From Methanothermobacter thermautotrophicus str. Delta H (GTDB lineage Archaea > Methanobacteriota > Methanobacteria > Methanobacteriales > Methanothermobacteraceae): a stretch of 32,000 nt of DNA. The stretch covers positions 510,001 to 542,000 of the forward strand of contig NC_000916.1 in assembly GCF_000008645.1 (NCBI RefSeq), given 5' to 3'. The translations under genes and the position numbers were made by a program. Positions 20,108 through 28,063 of the stretch are shown one piece after another. Numbering within the stretch: position 1 is the first letter of the stretch; each line of letters opens with the position of its first letter. Under the pieces are notes generated by a model that saw nothing but the letters and a program-made list of their open reading frames with translations, ran no database searches and was not told the DNA's origin.

Positions 20108-21106
20108 GTGCCAGATTATGTTTATGGTGATTCTATGGTTCTAAAACTTACCCTTGAATATTCATCTGTGCTGCTCGTGTCACTGATATGCTGCATAATA
20201 GCCTTCACATCCACCTACACGGTGATGCCACGCCTCATAAATAAGCTGAAGGAGGCCAATGTGGTCGGTAATGACATACACAAAATCTCAAAGCCCATAG
20301 TGGCTGAGATGGGTGGTATCGGGATACTCTTCGGCTTCACCATAGGGATGTTCATAGGTATGTACTGCTTCCCTGAACTCCAGTACGAGCTCATGGTGAC
20401 CCTCCTTGTCATACTCCTGGTCGGCATTGTTGGAATGGTGGACGACCTTGTGAGGCTCTCGTCACGTGAAAAACTCTTCCTGCTCTTCCTTGCGGGTCTT
20501 CCAATAATCTGGGTTGCCCCTCCGAAGGTCGGGATACTCTACATGATCATGATGCCGGTAGCCGTTTCAATAGCTTCAAACCTGACCAACATGCTGGCGG
20601 GACTGAATGGTATCGAATCAGGGCTCGGGTCAATTGCAATGACGGCCCTCACAGCCTCATGTATAATAATGGGCAAGTATGATGTCTCAATAATAACCAT
20701 GGCCATGCTGGGGGCCCTCCTGGCATTCCTCATGTACAACAGGTACCCATCAAGGGTGTTCCCTGGTGATGTTGGAACACTGATAATAGGTGCCTGCATA
20801 GCATCGGTTGCATTCATAGGCAGGGTCAAGATAATAGCCCTCATAGTCCTGCTACCGAATATCATAGATGGGATTCTGAAATTCTACAGTGCCGGTGTCG
20901 TTGAGAGGCACAAACACAGGCCCACAGAAATTGCAGAGGATGGTAAACTCATAGCACCCCCTGAGGGCTTCAACTCACTTATAAGGTGGATACTGAGAAG
21001 GCCAATGACCGAGAAGAAGGTTGTCATGATAGTGTGGTCCATAGGAATGTTCTTCGGGTTCCTTGGAGTCCTCCTGGCATTTATACTCCCACTTGATCCC
21101 TTCTAA
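20108..21106 (+). CDS. GT4-family UDP-sugar:polyprenyl-phosphate transferase (MraY/WecA-like)
   Basis: Multiple TMs, AEMGGIGILFGF, GMVDDLVRLSSREKLFLLFLAGLPI, NMLAGLNGIESGLGSI, FPGDVGTLIIG. ATG alternative at 20135. Confidence 0.85.
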   Translation: MPDYVYGDSMVLKLTLEYSSVLLVSLICCIIAFTSTYTVMPRLINKLKEANVVGNDIHKISKPIVAEMGGIGILFGFTIGMFIGMYCFPELQYELMVTLLVILLVGIVGMVDDLVRLSSREKLFLLFLAGLPIIWVAPPKVGILYMIMMPVAVSIASNLTNMLAGLNGIESGLGSIAMTALTASCIIMGKYDVSIITMAMLGALLAFLMYNRYPSRVFPGDVGTLIIGACIASVAFIGRVKIIALIVLLPNIIDGILKFYSAGVVERHKHRPTEIAEDGKLIAPPEGFNSLIRWILRRPMTEKKVVMIVWSIGMFFGFLGVLLAFILPLDPF

Positions 21107-21117
21107 CACCAGAGCCC

Positions 21118-22005
21118 CTAAAAACTGTATAATGTGTTCAGAAGTTCAAGGGTAACTGACTCCAGTTCCTTTTCATCGAGTTTCTGGAGTATCTCAACTG
21201 CGGCCCTGAAACTGGATGCAACACCATCAGCATTATTCCTTATGAAGTCAAGGGTCCCGAGGAGGACCAGGGCTACTGCGAGGCCAAGCTCATTATTTGT
21301 TTTCCTGAAGAGCGCCTCAGCCTTTTTAAGGTATCTCCGGGACTCATCAAAGTCCTCATTTTTAAGGGAATAGAGGCCAAGGAGTAGCTGGAGTGATGCC
21401 TCAGTGGATGTGTCACCTATATCCCTGGCAATCTGGTAGGCCTCCATTATCTGTGAGATTGAATCCTCATAGGAACCTGCCTCATAGAGTGTTAGGGACT
21501 GGACACTGTCAACCAGCCTGTTAAGCAGGGGCTCAATGACCTCAAGGTCAACCTCCGGCATCCCGGATTCAGACTCCTCCCGGAGCCTGTTGATGCTGGC
21601 TATATCCATGGCCTCCCTGATCTTCTCAACCTCCTTGATCTTCTCCCTTAGATCAGCCCTTAGAGGTGAGTTAACTGATGTGTAGATTCTGAGGGCCTCC
21701 ATGAAGTATTCCATGGCGGTCTTAACCTTTCTATCGCTGAGGTAGACGTCACCCATGGAGTCAAGGGCAAAGGCCATGAGTTCCTCGTCATTCATTTCAG
21801 AGGCCACCCTGTAGGCCCTTTCAAGGTAATCAAGGGCCTCGCGAGTATCACCCTCCTCGGCGTAGAATCCTGCTATCCTTACAAGGGTGTCAAATTCCTC
21901 CTCAAGAAGATCTTCAAGTTTTCGGAGATACTTCTCAAGTGATTCGCCCTCATCTTCACCCCTGAGAAAATCAAAGATTCCCAGAACAGCAAATATCATC
22001 ATCAT
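21118..22005 (-). CDS. TPR-repeat protein
   Basis: Repeated A-helix/B-helix TPR signatures: GDTREALDYLERAYRVASEMND, SDRKVKTAMEYFMEALRIYTS, NEDFDESRRYLKKAEALFRKTNNE. Confidence 0.8.
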   Translation of the reverse strand: MMMIFAVLGIFDFLRGEDEGESLEKYLRKLEDLLEEEFDTLVRIAGFYAEEGDTREALDYLERAYRVASEMNDEELMAFALDSMGDVYLSDRKVKTAMEYFMEALRIYTSVNSPLRADLREKIKEVEKIREAMDIASINRLREESESGMPEVDLEVIEPLLNRLVDSVQSLTLYEAGSYEDSISQIMEAYQIARDIGDTSTEASLQLLLGLYSLKNEDFDESRRYLKKAEALFRKTNNELGLAVALVLLGTLDFIRNNADGVASSFRAAVEILQKLDEKELESVTLELLNTLYSF

Positions 22006-22038
22006 AGCCCCGGAGATTTTATAATAGTATTATTTCGG

Positions 22039-22092
22039 TCCAGATTTAAATACCTATTTCCGGAAGACGTAATAGCTCCAGATTTAAATACC
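22039..22092. repeat. 16-bp direct repeat tccagatttaaatacc (22039-22054, 22077-22092; 38-bp offset)
   Basis: Perfect 16-bp match; on the minus strand GGTATTTAAATCTGGA, upstream of the TPR gene. Confidence 0.85.
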
Positions 22093-22146
22093 CGGGAACA
22101 GAATACCCCAGTATTTTCTGATATGAGTGATTATAAAGATGGGCCA

Positions 22147-22261
22147 ATTGCCCTTCATGTTATCAGCCCACTTTAATGCCCTGATCCGTTATCCTCGGAT
22201 ACAAGCAATGAGTTATTGCCCTTCATGTTATCAGCCCACTTTAATGCCCTGATCCGTTATC
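22147..22261. repeat. 47-bp perfect direct repeat (22147-22193 and 22215-22261, 68-bp offset) duplicating the 3' end of the KaiC-like gene
   Basis: attgcccttcatgttatcagcccactttaatgccctgatccgttatc in both copies; the second copy contains the codons and stop of ...TDQGIKVG*. Confidence 0.95.
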
Positions 22262-22905
22262 ATGTAGGGTGCCTCCGTCCTTTCACCATCCATTACAGCA
22301 GATATCACTGATCCATCCATCTGGATGTGCACATCAAAGAGGCCGGGTATCTCCTCCTCTATATCCTCATCAGCAACACCTGCTGTATATGTCACGAGGG
22401 CGATGCCCCCCGCATCCCTCACACGGTCATTGTAGGCCTTCAGAACCCTTAGAACAAGTTTTGGGGGGTTGAATGCCAGTAGAATGGATGCTGAGTCAAA
22501 CACGGATATCATGGTGCCCTCCTCCTGGTAGAGGCTCCTCGTCGATATCCCCACCTTCACCATGAGGTCCGTTGTGTTCTGGATGGCCGAGTACCTCACG
22601 TTTCCAGAGTCCCGGGGTTTACCCCCTGCAAGACCTGTGGGGAGGTCTATTACATGAAGTTTATCTGCGAGGGACTGGATGAACCAGTTGAATGCCATGG
22701 TGTTCCTCTGAAGATCCCTGTAACCGTATTCAGCCGCTATGAAGAGGCAGGGGTTCCGTCTCTGAAGGGCCCGGTAGGTGAACTCTGTTGCAAGTACTGT
22801 CTTACCAACCTTTGGGGGGCCTGTTAACAGCATGAGGTACCCTGGCTCAGGTTTGCCGAGAACAGCGTCAAGACCCGCTATACCTGTGCTGTAGTTTTCG
22901 CTCAT
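22231..22905 (-). CDS. KaiC/RadA-like P-loop ATPase paralog 1
   Basis: GIAGLDAVLGKPEPGYLMLLTGPPKVGKTVLATEFTYRALQRRNPCLFIAAEYGYRDLQRN; C-term APYMITDQGIKVG. Confidence 0.75.
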   Translation of the reverse strand: MSENYSTGIAGLDAVLGKPEPGYLMLLTGPPKVGKTVLATEFTYRALQRRNPCLFIAAEYGYRDLQRNTMAFNWFIQSLADKLHVIDLPTGLAGGKPRDSGNVRYSAIQNTTDLMVKVGISTRSLYQEEGTMISVFDSASILLAFNPPKLVLRVLKAYNDRVRDAGGIALVTYTAGVADEDIEEEIPGLFDVHIQMDGSVISAVMDGERTEAPYMITDQGIKVG

Positions 22906-22906
22906 G

Positions 22907-23608
22907 TTATCCCTCGTGGACCACCTTAATGCCTGAATCGTCTATGGTATAGGGGGCGCTGACCCTGCCTGTCCCCACCATCGCCTCAACTGTAAGTTCG
23001 GATCCATCGAGGTGTATTATGTTATCAACAACTGCCTTGAGCATGGTCTCCACCTTCGGATCAGCCGAACCCTCGGTGTAGGTTACCACAGCTGTTCCAC
23101 CGGCTTCCTTGATCCTCATTATGTATGCTGTAAGAACACGGACTATTAGCATCTCATCATTGAAGGCCATGAGGGTTGTGAGGGAGTCAAGGACCGACCT
23201 GAACATGCTGTAACGGTTCGTGATGTTCCTTATGGCAACCCCGAGTTTCACCATAATATCTGTGGGGTTGTGGACCGATGAGGAGAAGTATGTGCTGCCC
23301 TCATCACCTGAAGGACCTGATATGCTGGATATGGCGTCTATCACATAGAGGAGTTCCTTCTGCAGGTATGATTCAGGGTCCATGCCAAGTACAGCCATAT
23401 TCCTTTTCAGGTCGGATAATCCATAATCTGCAGATATGTAGAGGCACGGTTCATCCATCTCAGCCCCGCCGGCTGCAAACCCATAGGCGAATATTGATTT
23501 ACCGACCTTCGGTGGACCGTAAACCATGGTAACAGTGTTTTCAGGTATGGAAGCGCCGCCCATGAGTTCATCGAGGCCCCTTATTCCAGAAGGAATTCTG
23601 ACAATCAT
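22907..23608 (-). CDS. KaiC/RadA-like P-loop ATPase paralog 2
   Basis: GIRGLDELMGGASIPENTVTMVYGPPKVGKSIFAYGFAAGGAEMDEPCLYISADYGLSDLKRN; C-term APYTIDDSGIKVVHEG parallels paralog 1. Confidence 0.75.
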   Translation of the reverse strand: MIVRIPSGIRGLDELMGGASIPENTVTMVYGPPKVGKSIFAYGFAAGGAEMDEPCLYISADYGLSDLKRNMAVLGMDPESYLQKELLYVIDAISSISGPSGDEGSTYFSSSVHNPTDIMVKLGVAIRNITNRYSMFRSVLDSLTTLMAFNDEMLIVRVLTAYIMRIKEAGGTAVVTYTEGSADPKVETMLKAVVDNIIHLDGSELTVEAMVGTGRVSAPYTIDDSGIKVVHEG

Positions 23609-24790
23609 TCAACCACCGTATAGAAGTCCGAGGAGCGTGTCGAGGGCATCCCTTACACCCCACCCCTCCGTCACCGAGGCGGGTACTATGGGGACATCCG
23701 CTCCAAGTTTCATCATTTCCCTTATCTCCTCAGGTGAAAGGGCTCCAGGGAGGTCCTGCTTGTTCGCAACAACGACCTTGGGTATAGCTTCGGCCCTTGT
23801 CTTCCTTATCATCTCCTTGGCCCTTGCGAAGGTCTCGGGTGCAGTTGAATCAAGGAGTATGAATGCGCCAACAGCCTCCCTTGAGAGCACATCAAGTATC
23901 ATGTCAAATCTCTCCTGACCGGGAGTCCCGAAAATATCCGCCATGAAGCCCTTATATTCAAGGTGACCTATGTCCATTGCAATGGTTGTGGGGAATGCCG
24001 AAAGGGCCTTCCTGTCCACCGAGACCGACTTCGTGGCTATTGCCCTGACGAAACTTGATTTCCCGGAGTTGTAGGGGCCTGTTACAAGTATCTTCGGTAC
24101 ATAGACCTTAACGCCTCCGGGCTGAACAACAAAGAAGAGTACCATGGTTGATGGGGGTTCTGACCAGGCTGAATTGGCCACCATGAAGCCCTGACCTATT
24201 ATGACCCTCTCCTCGATCGTCCTGAGATTCACGACACAGTCCATGCTCTCCCTGAGCTTATCAATGAGTTCAGGTTCATAGTCCCATTCAGTGAAGAGGT
24301 AGACGAGGTTCACATCCAGTTCAGAGGCCCTTCTGTTCCATGCTTCAACTATCTCAAGGGTGTCACCGTTGCCAAGGTAGTCTATAATGACTGAAAGATT
24401 GTTTATTATCCCAACACCGCCGGGTATATCATTTATGGCATTAAGAACAACATCCTTTATCTCGGAGTAGTCATTAACAGTATAACGCTGATCTGATGGC
24501 ATCCCAAGGAACGGTGAGCTACCATCTACAAAGAAAAGGTTGCCATTTTCAATATGTGACTCTATATCCCAGCCATAGGATCTGAATTCATATATTATAC
24601 TCTCAGGTTCCTCAACATTTGTGAATATGAAACCTCTGGTCCCCTCATCCAGGCGGCCGTTTAGCATCTGGTAACCGAATGCCTCATAGTCAACACCCGG
24701 GGATGCTGAGAACATGATGGAGGCTCCCTCCTTCACTCCGCCGCCCAGAAGGTCGTCGAGCTTCGGAATGTATGTCTTATTCATGTTCAC
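23609..24790 (-). CDS. fusion: KaiC-like domain with degenerate P-loop + Ras/Arf/MglA-like small GTPase domain
   Basis: N-term [31 protein letters not shown] (P-loop lost). C-term G1 [13 protein letters not shown]3 [12 protein letters not shown]4 [10 protein letters not shown], then a G5-like PASVTEG. Confidence 0.8.
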   Translation of the reverse strand: MNMNKTYIPKLDDLLGGGVKEGASIMFSASPGVDYEAFGYQMLNGRLDEGTRGFIFTNVEEPESIIYEFRSYGWDIESHIENGNLFFVDGSSPFLGMPSDQRYTVNDYSEIKDVVLNAINDIPGGVGIINNLSVIIDYLGNGDTLEIVEAWNRRASELDVNLVYLFTEWDYEPELIDKLRESMDCVVNLRTIEERVIIGQGFMVANSAWSEPPSTMVLFFVVQPGGVKVYVPKILVTGPYNSGKSSFVRAIATKSVSVDRKALSAFPTTIAMDIGHLEYKGFMADIFGTPGQERFDMILDVLSREAVGAFILLDSTAPETFARAKEMIRKTRAEAIPKVVVANKQDLPGALSPEEIREMMKLGADVPIVPASVTEGWGVRDALDTLLGLLYGG

Positions 24791-25167
24791 ATCTCCCTGA
24801 GGATTTCATCCACCTGTGCTGCACGTGAATCCATCTCAAATAGCAGAAGCCCGAGCTGGGCCTCTGGTTCTGCCAGGGCCGTGAATATAGCCTTCTCCCC
24901 TGCAGGTTTGAGTATGATTATCCCCTTCTCGGTCCTCACGGTTATCTCAGAAACAGTTCCTGTGTTCATCTGACCTGAAGCTGCCTCTGCAGCACCCATT
25001 ATCGTTGAACAGAGGGCTGAGAATATTCTTGCATCAACATCCGGAGGTGTCCTTGCATTTATGAGCAGCCCCTCCTTTGAAACAATACCCGCAGCCCTTA
25101 TCTGACCCACCTGCATAAATGCAGATAGAACATCATCCAGCTTTTCCTTCTTTGTCTTGGTCATCAA
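24787..25167 (-). CDS. Roadblock/LC7 (MglB-like) protein
   Basis: [54 protein letters not shown]...[31 protein letters not shown]; overlaps the start of the GTPase fusion gene. Confidence 0.75.
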   Translation of the reverse strand: MMTKTKKEKLDDVLSAFMQVGQIRAAGIVSKEGLLINARTPPDVDARIFSALCSTIMGAAEAASGQMNTGTVSEITVRTEKGIIILKPAGEKAIFTALAEPEAQLGLLLFEMDSRAAQVDEILREM

Positions 25168-25238
25168 TACACCCCAGTAACCCTGTGACCGGTTATCATA
25201 AGCCGCAACCCCGGTGAGGAGTATTACAGAGTAATTAT

Positions 25239-25298
25239 GTTACTGACCACTTATATCCCTTTAGATTTTGTCCTCTCAGTTACTGGCCCCTTATATCC
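25239..25298 (-). promoter_or_regulatory. duplicated 20-bp TATA-containing element (25239-25258, 25279-25298; 40-bp period)
   Basis: Minus-strand copies GGATATAAGTGGTCAGTAAC and GGATATAAGGGGCCAGTAAC, 18/20 identical, in the gap upstream of the Roadblock gene. Confidence 0.7.
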
Positions 25299-25313
25299 TA
25301 TTCAGTCATCTCA

Positions 25314-25808
25314 CTACACCCAGATGGTCTCTGATGTTGTGAACACATAGTGATCTGAAAAGGCAGGGTTATGGTAGGTGTTTGTGAGGTTCTCTGTGCC
25401 GAAGGTCCTTGAGATGGATCTCCTGATGCAGAAGTTAACACGGTCAGAGATGGACTCCCTCAGGGATGGTTTCATGGGTGGACCCGACAGCCACGCCCTT
25501 AAACGGAATTTTCTCCTCCCATAGGTGCTGCTGTAGCCATCTTCAATCAGTTCAACCCTCACAACCCTCACACTGGATGGTTCAAGGAGTTCCGGCTTCC
25601 GGGACTGGTAATCATCAAAGGTGACAGCCGGGTACACAGCGATGGTGTCGGTGAAGGCACCCTCAGATGCCCCGGTCCTTGCAGCTGAGTGTGCCTCCAT
25701 CAGTTCAAGCTGGAACTGTATCTGTCCGGCAAAAAGGACCGCGAGGATCAATGAGATGCCAGCCAGCATCATATACTCTGCTGCAGCCTGACCCTGCCGG
25801 GCCCTGGA
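25314..25808 (-). CDS. pilin-like secreted/membrane protein with class III prepilin-like motif; no in-frame canonical start upstream of the motif
   Basis: Open frame 25808-25773 encodes SRARQGQAAAEY in front of MMLAGISLILAVLFAG, giving GQAAAEYMML, close to archaeal class III QxSxExxxL signal peptides; in-frame TGA at 25809-25811. Confidence 0.6.
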   Translation of the reverse strand, partial: SRARQGQAAAEYMMLAGISLILAVLFAGQIQFQLELMEAHSAARTGASEGAFTDTIAVYPAVTFDDYQSRKPELLEPSSVRVVRVELIEDGYSSTYGRRKFRLRAWLSGPPMKPSLRESISDRVNFCIRRSISRTFGTENLTNTYHNPAFSDHYVFTTSETIWV

Positions 25809-25843
25809 TCATTCCATCTGAAAGCATGCACGTGACACCCTCC

Positions 25844-26284
25844 TCAGCTCGCTTCTGAGACCATGATAACCGTCCTGTTATTCCTGGGCGTGTTCCTGAT
25901 GGAGTACCTCCCACCGGGTTCAAGGTAAACCCCGGGTGTCCTGCCATAACCATCAGCAACAACCACCGGGTAAATAGTGGAGAATGCCCTCTGGCCGTCT
26001 GCCCAGCCATAGACCCCGCTTGAGTTGACCAGCACACTGTAGTCATCAGTGTGGTTGAGGCGCTCTGGCAGTTCCACCACCACCTCATGACCCGGTCCGC
26101 CTGCAGTGGCAAGGTTAACAGCCTCTGCAACATCTTCCAGGAGTATTCTCATCTCAAGGAGCCTCTCATCTGAGTAAACACCTTCAAGCCTTGCACCGGC
26201 AATAGATACCATCACTGATGCCAGCAGAAGTGTGAAGAAGAGCCAGGTTACTGCATCTGCTGTCACAACACCTTCTGAATCCAT
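25844..26284 (-). CDS. pilin/TadE-like single-TM membrane protein
   Basis: Short N-terminus then hydrophobic helix WLFFTLLLASVMVSIAG followed by a soluble domain; directly upstream of the prepilin-like gene. Confidence 0.5.
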   Translation of the reverse strand: MDSEGVVTADAVTWLFFTLLLASVMVSIAGARLEGVYSDERLLEMRILLEDVAEAVNLATAGGPGHEVVVELPERLNHTDDYSVLVNSSGVYGWADGQRAFSTIYPVVVADGYGRTPGVYLEPGGRYSIRNTPRNNRTVIMVSEAS

Positions 26285-26361
26285 GGAAATTATTAATAAA
26301 TTTTATTATATAAATATTACTAACGCTGGTGTATTATAGGTTGATCTACATAGAGTGTAAC

Positions 26362-26784
26362 ATGTACTCCCTCGTGGTCTTCACTGGAGGACCCCACAAC
26401 TTCCATGAACTTGAAGAGTTCATTGAGGATGCAGGCGGTATCATAATACAGAGGGACACATTCAGTGTACACCGCGGTCAGTATTTCCTGAGAAACGAGG
26501 TCAGGGTTCTCTGCATAATCCCCCGCTGCGATGAGGATTCCCTTACTGAAACAGCCCGCAGAATAAAGGGTGAAGTGGAGGGCCTCGATGCCGATGATGA
26601 AACCAGAGAAATGATTGAGTCCATCATGGATGTCTACGACCAGCTTGCAGGTGAAGCATCCTGGACAGCTGAAGATGAAATTGGAGTGGATGGGGGGCTC
26701 CTCCATGAGATGGTGGAAATGGAGCTTCTGGATGTAAGAAGCAGGAACGGGGTGAACGAATACCGCCTTTCAGTACAAAAATGA
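26362..26784 (+). CDS. conserved hypothetical protein with a decayed paralog downstream
   Basis: MYSLVVFTGGPHNFHELEEFIEDAGG...; ATG at 26362 matches the start of the homologous tract at 27303. Confidence 0.6.
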   Translation: MYSLVVFTGGPHNFHELEEFIEDAGGIIIQRDTFSVHRGQYFLRNEVRVLCIIPRCDEDSLTETARRIKGEVEGLDADDETREMIESIMDVYDQLAGEASWTAEDEIGVDGGLLHEMVEMELLDVRSRNGVNEYRLSVQK

Positions 26785-26878
26785 AGCTGACTAACAAAGG
26801 CTAAACAGAAGATGAAGCGCCGCTACATGAACCCTTTATCCAGGTGATTCACCATACCGTTATAGTGGAGGATTTAAA

Positions 26879-27097
26879 GTGACAGATGAAATAAAACAGC
26901 TCGTGATAGGTATAAGCAGGGAAAGAGAAATAATTGTAAGGAGCAACCGGGGCCGCATATACCCTGTAAAGGTGTCGGATGACCTCGATTTCAGCTGTGA
27001 GGACCTCTTCAGGAACCCTGATATGGAACTCTACGCCACCATTAACACCGAAACCCAGCCCTGGGAATGCGTATCCCTTGAATACGTTAAGCCCTGA
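26879..27097 (+). CDS. small hypothetical protein (about 72 aa)
   Basis: Intact ORF MTDEIKQLVIGISREREIIVRSNRGRIYPVKVSDDLDFSC...; GTG start. Confidence 0.45.
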   Translation: MTDEIKQLVIGISREREIIVRSNRGRIYPVKVSDDLDFSCEDLFRNPDMELYATINTETQPWECVSLEYVKP

Positions 27098-27302
27098 TTT
27101 TTAACTCATCAATTCAATTTCTTTTTTATTTTGCACATGACACTCTGCTATTCTGATCTCAAGATGCTGATTGGATCTACTTAAATGACACCTCTCGCCT
27201 ATGTCAGAACTGATGAGGCACAAACAGATAGGCCAGGTGAACTGCAGCACCCACCAATTCATGAGAAAAATTTAAATAAAAGTATGAACAACTCATGGAT
27301 CC

Positions 27303-27740
27303 ATGTACAGCATAATCGTATTCTGTGGAGGATATTACAGGTTCGATGAGTCCAGGGAGTTCATTGAAGACATTGGAGGTCTTATGATCAGCAGAGACGC
27401 TTTAAACATTAGAAAAGGAATATTTTTTCCTCAGAAATGAGCTGAGAGTCCTCTGCCTAGTTCTGAAGATGAAGTGGAGAACGTCACCCGTGAGGCCTCA
27501 AGGATAAGGTGAAATTGAGATACCCGTGGTTGCGGCGGATGCAGAGGATAGAATACTATCCTGCTTCGGGATACACCATATGCTTGCAGGGACTGACTGG
27601 AAATTCCGCTGATGAAAGAGAAAACCTCACAGGAATCCCTGCTGACTGAATCCCCAATACGATGGTGGAAATGGAACTGCTCAAAAGAAGACATGAAGGA
27701 GAATATGAATACCGGATTCCATTCACTGAAGACCGAGATA
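27303..27740 (+). pseudogene. decayed paralog of the 26362-26784 gene
   Basis: MYSIIVFCGGYYRFDESREFIEDIGGLMISRDALNIRKGIFFPQK* aligns with MYSLVVFTGGPHNFHELEEFIEDAGGIIIQRDTFSVHRGQYFLRN; frame-shifted continuation NELRVLCLV and MVEMELLKRRHEGEYEYRIPF also match. Confidence 0.85.
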
Positions 27741-27810
27741 GGTTGAAAGGTGGGCATAAAGACATCAGCAATAAATACAACCTCCCACAGATAATGCTGT
27801 GGAGGATAAG

Positions 27811-28056
27811 ATGAGAGGAGAAGTTCTCATACCAGCTGGAGTAATTCTGATAGTAGCGGGTATACTTTTAACCTTCATCGGAGGGGCCATAACAGCTGGC
27901 TCCCAGTCAAAGGATAAGGGTGAGGTGAAGGCTGCCGGGGTTGTCATGATAGGCCCCATACCCATAATCTTTGGAAGCGACAGAAACATGGCAATAACCG
28001 GCGTGGTCCTGGCACTGATCCTCATGGTCGTGGCCTATCTCCTCTTCTACAGGTAG
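27811..28056 (+). CDS. small two-TM membrane protein, DUF131-like
   Basis: MRGEVLIPAGVILIVAGILLTFIGGAI...KAAGVVMIGPIPIIFGSDRNMAITGVVLALILMVVAYLLFYR. Confidence 0.65.
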   Translation: MRGEVLIPAGVILIVAGILLTFIGGAITAGSQSKDKGEVKAAGVVMIGPIPIIFGSDRNMAITGVVLALILMVVAYLLFYR

Positions 28057-28063
28057 AGGTATC

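Noticed and set aside
25705-26133. 142-aa minus-strand ORF overlapping both pilin-like genes
   Set aside because: Third-frame ORF across two better-supported genes; its translation is Trp/Gly/Pro-rich without motif support, though its ATG near 25831 might serve the prepilin if a frameshift is real.
27431-27780. Minus-strand ORFs over the decayed paralog
   Set aside because: The plus strand shows clear homology to the 26362 gene, so these are shadows of a pseudogene.
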